Shown piece by piece: positions 38,107 to 49,700 of a DNA stretch of 64,000 bases. The stretch is from Phoronis australis (Eukaryota; Animalia; Phoronida). The notes below the pieces were generated by a model. That model ran no database searches. It was not told where the DNA came from and saw nothing but the letters and a program-made list of their open reading frames with translations. Each line of letters starts with the position of its first letter. The first letter of the stretch is position 1. The position numbers were made by a program, and so were the translations under genes. Location of the stretch: positions 386,786-450,785 of the forward strand of contig NMRA01000038.1 in NCBI GenBank assembly GCA_002633005.1, written 5' to 3'.

Positions 38107-39530
38107 AGGTAAAGGCAACCTTTTTTCATGTCTTTATCAAAAATAAGGTTCTTTGGTTATCCCAGACACATTTTCCACTTAATTACAGCTTTTCGTAATT
38201 TAATTATTTATTCGTTGTCTACTCCAGAAGTGACGTTTTGGGAGGCAAGAATTTCCCGCCTATTTCTTTTCATATAGTCCAGGGCTTGGAATTTTCCGCG
38301 GAAACGCGGATTTCCGCTTTTTTCAAATGTGCTTTCCGCTTTTTTTATAATATTTCCGCGTAAAAAAATCGGATTTGATATAAAATTTCCGCGGCAAATT
38401 CCTTTCTTACCGCGGCGTTGCAGACGACGTTCACCTCGAAAAGCGGAAGTTGCCGTTGCTCTTTATGTTTTGGAGGAACGTAAATTGTCAACATTGCCAG
38501 GGCATTTGGGACAGCGTGGTGTGATTTTCAATGGCGTCCCGTGTTATTTGTAAGCGCGGCGACAAATACTGCCGCTCTGCAGCCAAAAATGTGTGGGTTG
38601 GGAGTGGACGGGCGAGCTAAAAGGACGCAGACGCATGCTTCTGATGGTGGTAACTTTTTTTTTTCTTTTTTTTTAGTCCTCCCGATTTTTTTTTTGTCGG
38701 GGGAAGATTCACATTGACCATGTCAAGGCTGGTTATCGGATTTGGGCCGTCAAAGTTTCCGCGTTTTTTGTCATTGGTCATTCCAAGCCCTGATAGTCTG
38801 ACTGTGAGAGCTGCCGAGTCAGTCATTGTTATATCTCGGTTTTGATAAGTTCGGTCATCGTGTGATTTTGTTTACGAGTCAGTCAACATGCCACACTGTT
38901 GTTGCGTACTGGTATGTGCTCATTATCGTCTCACGGACAGAGGAACAACTGTCCCACTTGCCCGAGTGTCCGCGACACACTCCCACTGATAGTGACCTGA
39001 GCACACAAACTGTTTACACCCCTGCATGTGACTCGCTCGCCACACACCTGGCACCTTCTAAATAGGTCTAATAATTTAGACAAGTCCACAATAAACTTAT
39101 CAAAGTTTGGCTCATTGATCTGTTTGTTGGACGACGAACTGTCCTCTTCACTGGGTGTCGAACTGGGCCTGTATTCACTCCCATAACTCAACATCGCAGC
39201 AGGGCTGCTTACAGGCTTTGGGCCAAAATGAGTACATCCCGGTACGCAGGAACAGTGTGTCATGTTCACTGACTCGTAAACAAAAGCAAACGACGACTGA
39301 ACGTGTGACAACCGAGTTAGATGAGTGACGGACTCGACAACGCTCATATAGTCAGACTATGGGAAAAGAAATTTGTGCGAAATCCTTGCCTCCCAAAACG
39401 TCATTTCCGGAGTAGAGAACGAGTAATTTATCAAATTACGAAAACCTGTAATTAAGTGGAAAATATGTCTGGGATATTCATCGAACCTTATTTTTGCTAA
39501 AAATGACATGAAAAAATGTTGCCTTCGCCT
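38107..39530. mobile_element. Non-autonomous Kolobok-type DNA transposon (internal deletion derivative)
   Basis: ~175-bp imperfect TIRs (38107-38279 / 39355-39530), AGG...CCT termini, TTAA on both sides. Internal minus-strand remnant MTHCSCVPGC (THAP-like start) and FIVDLSKLLDLFRRCQVCG..., continuing after a frameshift as CRGHSGKWDS (CxxC...CxxH-type zinc-finger remnant). Confidence 0.8.
38280..38792. mobile_element. hAT-like non-autonomous element nested in the Kolobok element
   Basis: Perfect TIR CAGGGCTTGGAAT / ATTCCAAGCCCTG; exact 6-bp target duplication ATAGTC on both sides. Confidence 0.85.
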
Positions 39531-40433
39531 TTAAGTAGCATTTGCTCACCTGAAAATTGTTTTCAGAAGAGCATGCCATATAAACTTTTGTTCAAAGTTA
39601 CTAATTGGAGTCTCGTCGAAAGAAATGCTTGGCAACATACGAGTGAACAATCTAGCCTAGTATATTCTCTTGTGAGCAGTGTTCCAGATATCCAACGTAC
39701 TTTTGCGCCCTGCACTCTGTGGAAAACTGCATGAGGCAAGGTAATGGTGATTTTGAACGAAAGTTTTCTTGATGTGAGGTTCCGAACAATAATTTTGAAC
39801 CTCAAGGCTTTTAATTCTCAGACTTATTTACCTAATTTGCACTTGTGGGCATAAGTTTTGAACCTTCAGACACATGAACACCTGTGATTTCAGACTGGTG
39901 GACCTTCCGACAATTTACCCAGCTCTTGATACTGTTGCATTTGATTGTCATTTAAAAGTTGTGGTTGACTTGTCTTTCACTTTTTGAAATTCTGGGTTTG
40001 GGAAGAAGTGACATTTCACCATTGCTTGAGCAGCTAAAACCAGACTTTCGTAACTGGCTCAGTCTGGTTATTATTTGCATGATATCGAGCAATAATGAAC
40101 TTTCAGTTCTCCAAGTCCGGAAAGGACGTCTGACTTGACAGAGTGCACAAATTGGTGTCTAGTTTTATGAAAACAAGCTGTCTTAATTGAAAGGGTTTTT
40201 TGATAGAAGACTTTCAGTTTGGTATTTGCTATTTTACTAGAGTGGCATCTGTTTTTAAAATTCTTCCTAAATATGTGAACGATTAACCCTCATGAATACC
40301 TCCTAAAAGCTTGCACTCAGGAACCTCCATGTTAAAGAAGTTTACAAAGTCCAAGTTAGAACTAGAATATTGTGATTGAATTCCTGCTTCCCAATTGATC
40401 TATCGCCAGGACTTTGAGTGACAGCTTAAGTGA

Positions 40434-40549
40434 CCAATCGGAAGGCAGCATTCTTGACACACTTTCGTTACCAAGCCACCATATTACCCGACAAACAACA
40501 CATTGCCGGTAAAACTTATTGTTTGTCGACATTTCGCAAGAGGGCGGAG
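40434..40549 (+). promoter_or_regulatory. Candidate WDR33 proximal promoter elements
   Basis: CCAAT at 40434-40438 and GC box GGGCGGAG at 40542-40549, 175-290 nt upstream of the ATG. The TSS cannot be determined; a 5'UTR acceptor-like TTTCAG ends at 40693. Confidence 0.35.
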
Positions 40550-40723
40550 CTTGCTATAGGTCAATTGTTTGTTACTTGGAACCAAAGAAACTATATCAGA
40601 AAGTCTTGATGTAATCAAAAAGTTATATCTGCCCTGATTCCTCAACCACTTCGTTACATCCTTTAGTTAAAGACAATTTATGCTCAATTTCAGAATCGGA
40701 AGCGTTGACAAAAGCCTGCTACA

Positions 40724-43700
40724 ATGGCGACGTCATTCAACGTCAACTATCAGCCGAGGCCGCGGTTCTTCTATACGCCTCAGTTCCAGCAAAACCAGCC
40801 ATTTCAGCCCCGCATGCCCATGGTGAACCGATTCCCTGGTTATATACCACGGCCGCGCTTCGCCCAACCCCCCATGCAGTCACAGCCCGGGGGCGAGGGA
40901 CTGGATGGTAAACGAATGCGCAAGTCGCTTCACAGAAAGACAGTAGATTACAACAGTTCTGTAATTAGGTATTTAGAAGTAAGTAAAATTGTCATTTGGC
41001 CAGTAGAGTGCTCCGTATGTGAAATATGTTATATGTTGTGTGTAAGTCGTCACATTCAGTCACCAGGTGGCAAGACCAGCTTGAGCACGAGTTTGCTTAC
41101 TAAAAACTGCCAAATAACATCGTGGAAATCGATTACATTTCTTGTGTCTGCCAAAAAGTAGTTTGGCAAAGAACCATTGTAAATCAAGATTAAAAACTTG
41201 TGAAACGTTCGATAGATTATTGGTAGTGAATGTTCCATTACGAAATGCGAAATTATCACGTGGGTGAATGCGACTAAGAACATAGAAATAATTTACTACA
41301 ATGGCATTGCTATTCACTACTTGCACACTTTGGTACTAGTGCTGTACAAATACTGTTGTGTTTTGTTTTTTAGGACACAATGCCTCTTTTCGTTTACAAT
41401 TTTAACAGCGCAAGCGTGAAAGTGCATATGTTCCAAACATAACCATTGCACACAACACCTCATCTTTCTTTATGTATCTTACTAAATTTCCATTTTCCTA
41501 TTGCATTTCTGCTCCCAAAATCAGGTTGCTTAAGTGACTGGTTAATCACTCATCACTATAACAGTTGACTGGGAAACTCTTGCCCAGGCTGGGAAACCCT
41601 AATGCTGGAAAAGCCCTCAAAATTCTTAGCTTATTGTATAAGGGAAGCAGCGGAAATGAAGCCCACTTATCAACATCATCAATGGACACTTTTGGTGTTT
41701 GATATTACAAGATGGCCTAACATTTTTTTAATGTAGTCACATTGTATGTTGTAACTGTGGAGATAACTCTATTACTAAGTTAATACATTGGTTCACGAAG
41801 TCAATGAAGTCACATTGGTTTTGACATGTGAGATTTGGGGCCACAACAGACTAATAGCTACGGCCTGAGCTGTCTCGTCTTGAGATGAGTGGTCAGCTCA
41901 GGTATGATTCACTTGAGGAATGTACTGCAGCTCGTGGCTATCTGTCTGCTGTGGCATATTTATTGGCAACGAGGAACATTCGATTTGTTGCTGTTCTCTT
42001 TTCTGATCTAGTTTGAGGCTTTCGTAACTTCTTTGTAATAGGCTAAAATTTGGATTTGTGTTATCAGTTATTAATGCTTTGTAGGTTTGTTTATAGAATG
42101 GACTTGACATGTTCTTTTATCTGTTTCAGAACCGTATTTGGCAGCGAGATTATAGGGATAAGCATGTCATTCAACCAGATCCTGTGTATATTCCTGAGGT
42201 GAGTATGTTTTGGTGTGGAGGATATCACAATTGAATGTAAAGTTCGTGTAATGGATTATTTATTGCCTGGAGAAGCATATTGCTGTCTCTGACCCAGCAT
42301 TTTAATTAGCGTTTTGCATTGTTTTTATCGAAAGTACAAATCACCAGTTTAAGCTGCGTTTCTTCCTGTTTGGCTGGATAAAAAACTACAAAATGGAATT
42401 AGGCTTGTTAGGCACATGAAATCTGTCTCGTATTCCTTACCGTGGTAGGATTCTCTTTCCGTTATCCTAAATGGCCCATGTGTGCACTGTCTGTAACTTG
42501 AATTGGTAATGCAAATAGAATACTTCTCGCAATTGATTCGATCCGTGTTTGTTTTCAGTTGGAGCCTCCAGCAGCTTATCGCCACAATGTCGTGAACTGT
42601 GTTCCAACCAAGTTTGTTCGACAGTCCACCAACAAAATGAGATGTCCCATATTTTGTCTTGCTGTAAGTAGAATGTTCTAGCACCTTTTGATGTGCTTGC
42701 TAGACGTTGTGTTCGCATATTGCTGTACGTCGGTCATTTTCTTTCCTTGTTTGTTGAAATTATCAGGACTCGCTGGGATGGATTTTAATGAAGCGTGACA
42801 ATACTTTATAGATGGGCTAGTTGATCACTGGACAGTTTATTTGTCGATTATTGTCAAAACAGCTTGACAGATTTTGATGAAACTTGAAAGGGTTAATGAC
42901 TGGAATGCACCAGCAGCAATTGATTTTCAGCTTTTGTATATCACATGTATAAACAATCCTATGGGCAGTTGTAGGTGCTCTTGTTATCTTTTTGTTTCAT
43001 CACATGTTACTTAAAATTTTCATGTGTTGAAGCAAAAAGTTCCATTGTGAAATATTTGCGGATGAAAGAAATTGATTTTGTCCAACAAATTTTGAGATTG
43101 AGTAAGTTATTTACTTCTCAAAACACTCCAAACCCTGCAATTTGTACAGAAATTTGATTTGCATCACTGAATTGTAAAGCCTGATGTTTGCTTCACTTTT
43201 GTATTCAACGGATCTCTTCATTTCCAGTGGACACCAGAGGGCAGACGTCTAGTCACTGGTGCGTCAAGTGGGGAGTTTACCTTGTGGAACGGGTTAACCT
43301 TTAACTTTGAAACTATATTACAGGTAATGGAATCTAAGTACAAAGTTCTTCTTTTTAACAATGGGCCTTTACTTGTACTTTTGGTGGTTTCATGGCTTTG
43401 TCATATACTATAGACAGGAAGTGTTTTTTATGGTTTCATGGCTTGGACATATACTATAGACAGGAAGTGCTTTTGATGGTTTCATGGCTGGGGCATATAC
43501 TATAGACAGGAAGTTGTGTGTTACATTATGTGCTTAAAGTAACATCACAGTAAATATAATAAAAACAGTAACGTTTCCTCAAATGTCGACAATTTTTTTT
43601 TCAAATTTTCAAAATGGTCAAAATTTCATGTGTTTGGTGTTAGTTTGTCTTAATCTTTATTTTTGGAGAAATTTAGCATTATAGATTGTCACGTGTCAAA

Positions 43701-46700
43701 AAATTTCTATGCCATACAGGGCTCGACATAAGCAAATAAATGTTCAAAAACACGGGTGGAAAAGGTAAAATACAAGTAGTAAATTGCCCTCAACTCCTTA
43801 AGATCATAGAGGGGTTTTTTTTATCGCCACTTTCCACAAGCCCAAACACAAGTGGCAAATGTGCCGTCGCGCGTATTTCACGCGGACATTCTCTCCTGCA
43901 TCGAGCACTGCCATATCTTTGGCTGAAGAAAGACCATTGTAGACTATGAGCTGAACTGCGTCTCTTTGTCTGCGTTACAGGCTCATGATAGTGCAATTCG
44001 TGCCATGGTGTGGGGCCACAGTGACCACTGGATGATCACGGGTGACCACAGCGGCTACCTCAAGTATTGGCAGTCAAATATGAACAACGTCAAAATGTTT
44101 CCTGCTCATCCCGAAGCGATCCGTGGCCTAAGGTGGGCATTGACCGACGACGACTACTTTGACCTCGGCGGTCAGCTGTGTAGAGTCGCTGCTCAGTTCG
44201 TTTGTATTGTTGTTTTACTTAATAGTACTTTGGTCTGTTCATTTATATTCACGTTCTATGGTATCAGATCTGGTTTTAGTCCCTGTTGGCTTTTCTAAGA
44301 ATTTTTCTGTGTACAATAAAGATGATTCGTTGGGTTACCTACAGACATAAAATATACGAAAATACACACTGTAACACACACAAGGAGTACAAATTGACCA
44401 TACATTTGTCATACACTATTGTTGCGCATTCGAACATCAAAAATGCGATGTTTTTCTGACTCGAGTGACATTGACAGTTATGCATTTAAATATGTCTAAG
44501 GTTATTTTAATCCTTTATTGACATAAGAAGCAGACAAATACCAAATGTATTTGTTTGAATGTGAAGAAAAATGGTGAGAAATGCAGGCTTCCACGAGACC
44601 CATTTCATTATTCATATTGAGGTCTACCCACATTCTTCATATCAATTGCATGCATCACACAAAAGCAACAATTATCCACTCCACATCATCAAGTCCATGC
44701 TTTCTTTGTGCTCGTCTCTGATAGTCAATGTTTTGTTAAAGTTGTTTTGTTATTTTTAGCTATTATGGTATTAAAGCTAGAGGCTTGAATAAATAAAAAC
44801 AGAAGCCTTGAAATCGGGTAGTGAAACTGTGATATATACATATTTTGTTTAATAAAGTAAAACTGTTTTAAAAGGAATGCATATATTTAAGGAGCAAAGT
44901 TAACAATATTTTTTAAAGATTTAACTCTTTAGTTGTTTGTTATTTGACTGGAGATGTTTCGCTACATCGAATAAATTTTATTGAAAAACAAAAATCTTGT
45001 TTTTCTTTAAAATTACTATAGCAACTTTTACTGGTAACGCTTTTAACATTAGAAATATGAAACAGATTTTTGTTTCCTGTTGTTGAATTAGCTTGCTATC
45101 CTTTATCCTTCAACAGTTTTTGCCCAAGTGATGCTAAATTTGCATCTTGCGGAGATGACGGCACAGTTCGTTTGTGGGATTTTGTTACATGTCAAGAAGA
45201 GAAAGTACTTAGAGGTATGAAATATTCCATAGTCTCTACTTGGGACACTTTTCATGCAATTTTTGCTTTTGTGGTGGTTGTAGTCTAGGTCACCAAGCAA
45301 GGCAAATCTGTGATAGTTTTAAAGCGAAGTAATAGTAAACAGTTTTAATAGCAGGTTGAAAATTCATTTTTGTAGCTCACCATTCCAGAGTCAGTGTTGC
45401 ACATTTTCTTTGACAAAATCTTTGCCGCACATAAACTGAATATTTTGTTAATAACTACTGTACCATTTTGCACCATCAAGCAGAGGTCAAATTTACGTGA
45501 CTTTTGTTGAAACATAAAACTTCATGGTAGAGATTAGTACATATGGGGTTTTATTTGAATGGGTGTGTTCTGTGATGCTACTCGTCAGTTAAGCCAATAG
45601 AATCGCATTCTTCACTTTAAGACATGGCAATATTTCACGAAAGGTGATTCTGACCAACTGTCAAGATACTTGCCTTGCCAAACACACCTATTGTTAACTC
45701 TCGTGAAGGCAAATTGTAAGAAATCAGATTGGTGGTGTTAGTTGCAGATAAACCCCATTTTGGGACCCATTTCAAGTAGTACACTGCTGAGCATGCGTGG
45801 TATTCGTCTTCTGGGCTTTGTTCCGTTGTATTTCGGATTTTTCTGGTTCTTTATGGCTCGTGAATATTTGAACTCTGACCGTGTTTTGATCGGTTGACTA
45901 CCCTACCCAGGTCACGGCGCGGACGTCAAGTGTGTCGACTGGCACCCCCACAAGGCTCTTTTGGCTTCAGGAAGCAAGGACAGCCAGCAACCCATTAAAC
46001 TGTGGGACCCCAAGTCTGGTCAGGGTCTGGCCACCATGTAAGTGTTAATTACTTGAACGGAATTGTAGATCAAAACAAATAAATTCTTTTCATTAAAATG
46101 CAGCAGATTTGCAAATTTTGTAAGCACATGCGGTAGGTCCGTCCTTGATTGAACTCGTCTAGTAGAGATTGAAAAGTACATTGCATGACTGACCAACTCT
46201 TTAAAATGTCAAGGACTCCCGAGTTAGTTAACACAGAAATACATTGTGTATGTAATATTATTTCATTGGTAAGCATACACTAACTAGTGCGTTTTATCTT
46301 AGATTCAGTCAGATTATCTTCACATGTAACCACATGCGGTATTTTCAGACAAATAAAGCATGGTATTATCTAGTAATACTGGGCATCAAAGTCAATGCAA
46401 AGCAACCATTTCAGATTGAGTTGGAAATTGCTATTTTTGAACGGACTCGCAAAGTGTCGATTTCGACAACGTATTGTATGGCAGTTCTAATTGAACCAAG
46501 TCGTGGGGGAGTCGATCTCGCTACCTAGTGACTATCCAATACTGATATTTGCCTTTTTTGCCAATTTCATGATGCAAGCATTGCAGTTGTAATACAAGTT
46601 TGCCAGCATTGAAACGATGAATCTCATAATATTAAGATATGAGATAATGACTATTGCATTACCATGTGAAAACAAGTGCTTGACACGTGTGTTGCATTGT

Positions 46701-49700
46701 GGGTAAATACCTAGGAATGAGAGTGGTGTTGTGCTATATCAGGACTGGCCTTTTTATGGATTTTTGATTTTCAGTAAATGCTAACTATTGGTCATGGAGT
46801 TAACCATTCCAAATTGCTGCGGGCATGATTCCAGTTTAAAAATTGGAGAGTTAAAGATATTTTTTCGTGCCTTTGACTTGTAAGTCAACCCCAGCTTTTT
46901 GTAGTAATTGGCTCAAGACCTCAGTCCTGTTTTGTCACCTGGAGAAGTCTTGACATTCTGTACAAGTCTTTTCAAAGGTTGTACACTCAGGTGTAGTTAA
47001 ATGATGAAAACACAATCTTGTATTGTTTGCAAGAATGAAACTGCAACTATCATAAATTTCACAGAGGTCAGTTTTCACCCTTTAAGACCACTGGTAAACT
47101 GAGCACCATTAAGATTTGAACCTACAATTGGCTTAGCAACTGGGTGTACAACTGCAAACTAAAAGAGGGCCCCTGGATCATAGAATCCAAAAAGCTGTGT
47201 CAAAACTCCTGTGCAGATAATCTGTTTTGCTATAAATCATTTTCTGTATTAAAGTAAAACATGTAAAGACATGGCTTAAAATGTAATTGGGAAGTGTAAT
47301 TTGCATTTTCATCACTCCAATCTGTTTTTATTTGGCCAAATGAATTTAAAATGCAATAGTTGCGACGATATGATTGTAAAATGGTGTGCAAGCTCCTAAA
47401 TGTTTTTAAGAACGATTTTTGTGGAGAAAAGGATCTGCACCACATCAAATGTCGAGTTAGTACCGTGGCATGATCCTGCTGAATAACGCTGCATGATGTG
47501 AGCTATTTGTGCCCATGATGTACGTCATGAGTGCAAAGATTGTCCATTGTTGAACTTTTTTTGAGTTCACAGTCATGTACAATTTATTAATGCAACTGCA
47601 GCTTGATACCGTTACCACAATAAAATAACATTAATCCTTAGTTTCTTGGCATGCAAATACCCCTTAAATGTGCTTGTATTGTTCAGACATGCTCACAAGA
47701 ACACTGTCATGCAACTCAAGTGGAGTCCCAATGGAAGTTGGTTACTGACGGCATCCAGGGACCATCTGATCAAACTATTTGACATCCGCAACATGAGAGA
47801 AGAGTTACAGACGTTTAAGGGGCATAAAAAGGAGGCTTCGGGTAAGAAAAATGAAGCAGGCGACGTTTCTTGCACCAGCTGGATATAATGCAAGACCATG
47901 CAAAATCACGCGTAACCTAGTTAAATGGCAGCCACTGATCGAAGTGATTTGTTGGTAAGGTTGAAATGTTGAGTTACGAGAATAAAATTCATGAATTATG
48001 CGATAGAATTTACCGTTTGCTCTCCATAAAATGTTTCTCGCTACAAGTGCGTAGCTAATGTCTTGTGTCTGCCTAACGCGGCTCACGTCATTGAAGTCAG
48101 TTGCAAGTAGTAACAGAGTTGTGTGACCGTCACTAGCAGTCTTGGTAGGCCTGTGAAGATTTTAAAAATAATTTTAAGTCAATGATTCTCCAACGGATAA
48201 GTCAAGTTTCTATCGATTATTTTTTGAAGACTTCTGCTCCTCAGTATGATTTTACTCTAGTGTTTCAAATTTAAGCTCATGCACCAAATTCAGGTGGAGC
48301 TTCACGTGCTAGTGTGTCGGCCTAAATGTGTGCATATACAGCAGTAAAGATGTGACAAGTCAGGGGACAGTATGTGTCCAAATTTGGCAAACTTTGGAAC
48401 ATCATTTCTTAGAAATGACTGATGGGATTTATTTAAAACTTTCAGATAATATGGTTTGTGCGCTGTTCTTCAAAACATTAAAAATTGTCCAGTTTTGCAG
48501 ACAGGGGCTACCAAAATATAGGACTTTTATGATTTTTATGAAAAAATGAAAAGTTGCATAGAACGAAAATGAAATGATGGTTTAGAAAACTAACAATTTT
48601 TGAGATTTCATCTTTAACATCTATATCAAACAAAATTTGGTCATGTGAGTGGTACCATTGTTTTGTTGTGGATGTACCTTCTTTTTTTGCTAAATTTTAC
48701 TAAAAAAGACTTGGTCACATGAGCCATTTCATAGCAGATTGATATAAAATCAAAAAACAAATTTTACAGGCTTTCTACTTTCAGAAAATTTATACCACTG
48801 TCAGAGTTAAAATCTATAGTTTTGTAGATATTTGGCTTAATAAGTCAACAAGTTGATACGGTCCCATGTAAGCTTTCAGCTACTTTAAAGCTGCCTACAA
48901 AAATGATTTATACAACACATCACTTCAGAACTGATCTCAGCTTATCTCTCACTAGAAGTTATTCCAGGACTCTGTTTCATGTAAAGTGACTCAAGACTTA
49001 AAGACAGACATTTTGTCTTACGCTCCCACCTCACAATTGCTAGATAAAGGTTTATCCAAGATATTCTCGGCACATCACAGTCTAGAAATAGTTCACAGAA
49101 AATTATCACAGTAGTTCCCAGTTGTGTGCGTATTCTCAGAGAGTTGCACTTTTGCTCAAGTGAGGTTTGATTATTTTTCAGAAATAGTTATGTGGAGCCT
49201 TAGACCAAATTAAGTCTGTTACTTAACACTTATGACTTTTTTCATGTAACCAACTGCTGGTCTTGGAGTGGGTTACTACACTGTATGTTTGCTTGTCACG
49301 TGTCATTTTATGCGCCATGATCTCAGGCAATGTCGAACTGTCAGTTTTTCGCTGATGACTGGGGACTATTTGTGTCCTTTTTATTCACTGCTATCAATGT
49401 CCTGAGTCTCATTTCTTTTGGCTTATTGTTTCAGCTATTGCCTGGCACCCACTCTACGAAGGTCTATTTGCCAGTGGTGGCGCTGAAGGTGCAATTATGT
49501 ACTGGATCGTGGGGTAAAGCATTTTTGACATAGCAACGACATAACTAAGTGTGTCTTCTCACTAGTTGGTTATATAGTGCATTGTGGACAATGTTCCGCG
49601 TTCTTGTATGCGTAGTTATGCAGTAGAATATTCCAGATTTTTTGTAAATTTTTTGTGGCCATCTTGTCAAATTGCCACTTTTGTGTGGTTGTATAATGAA

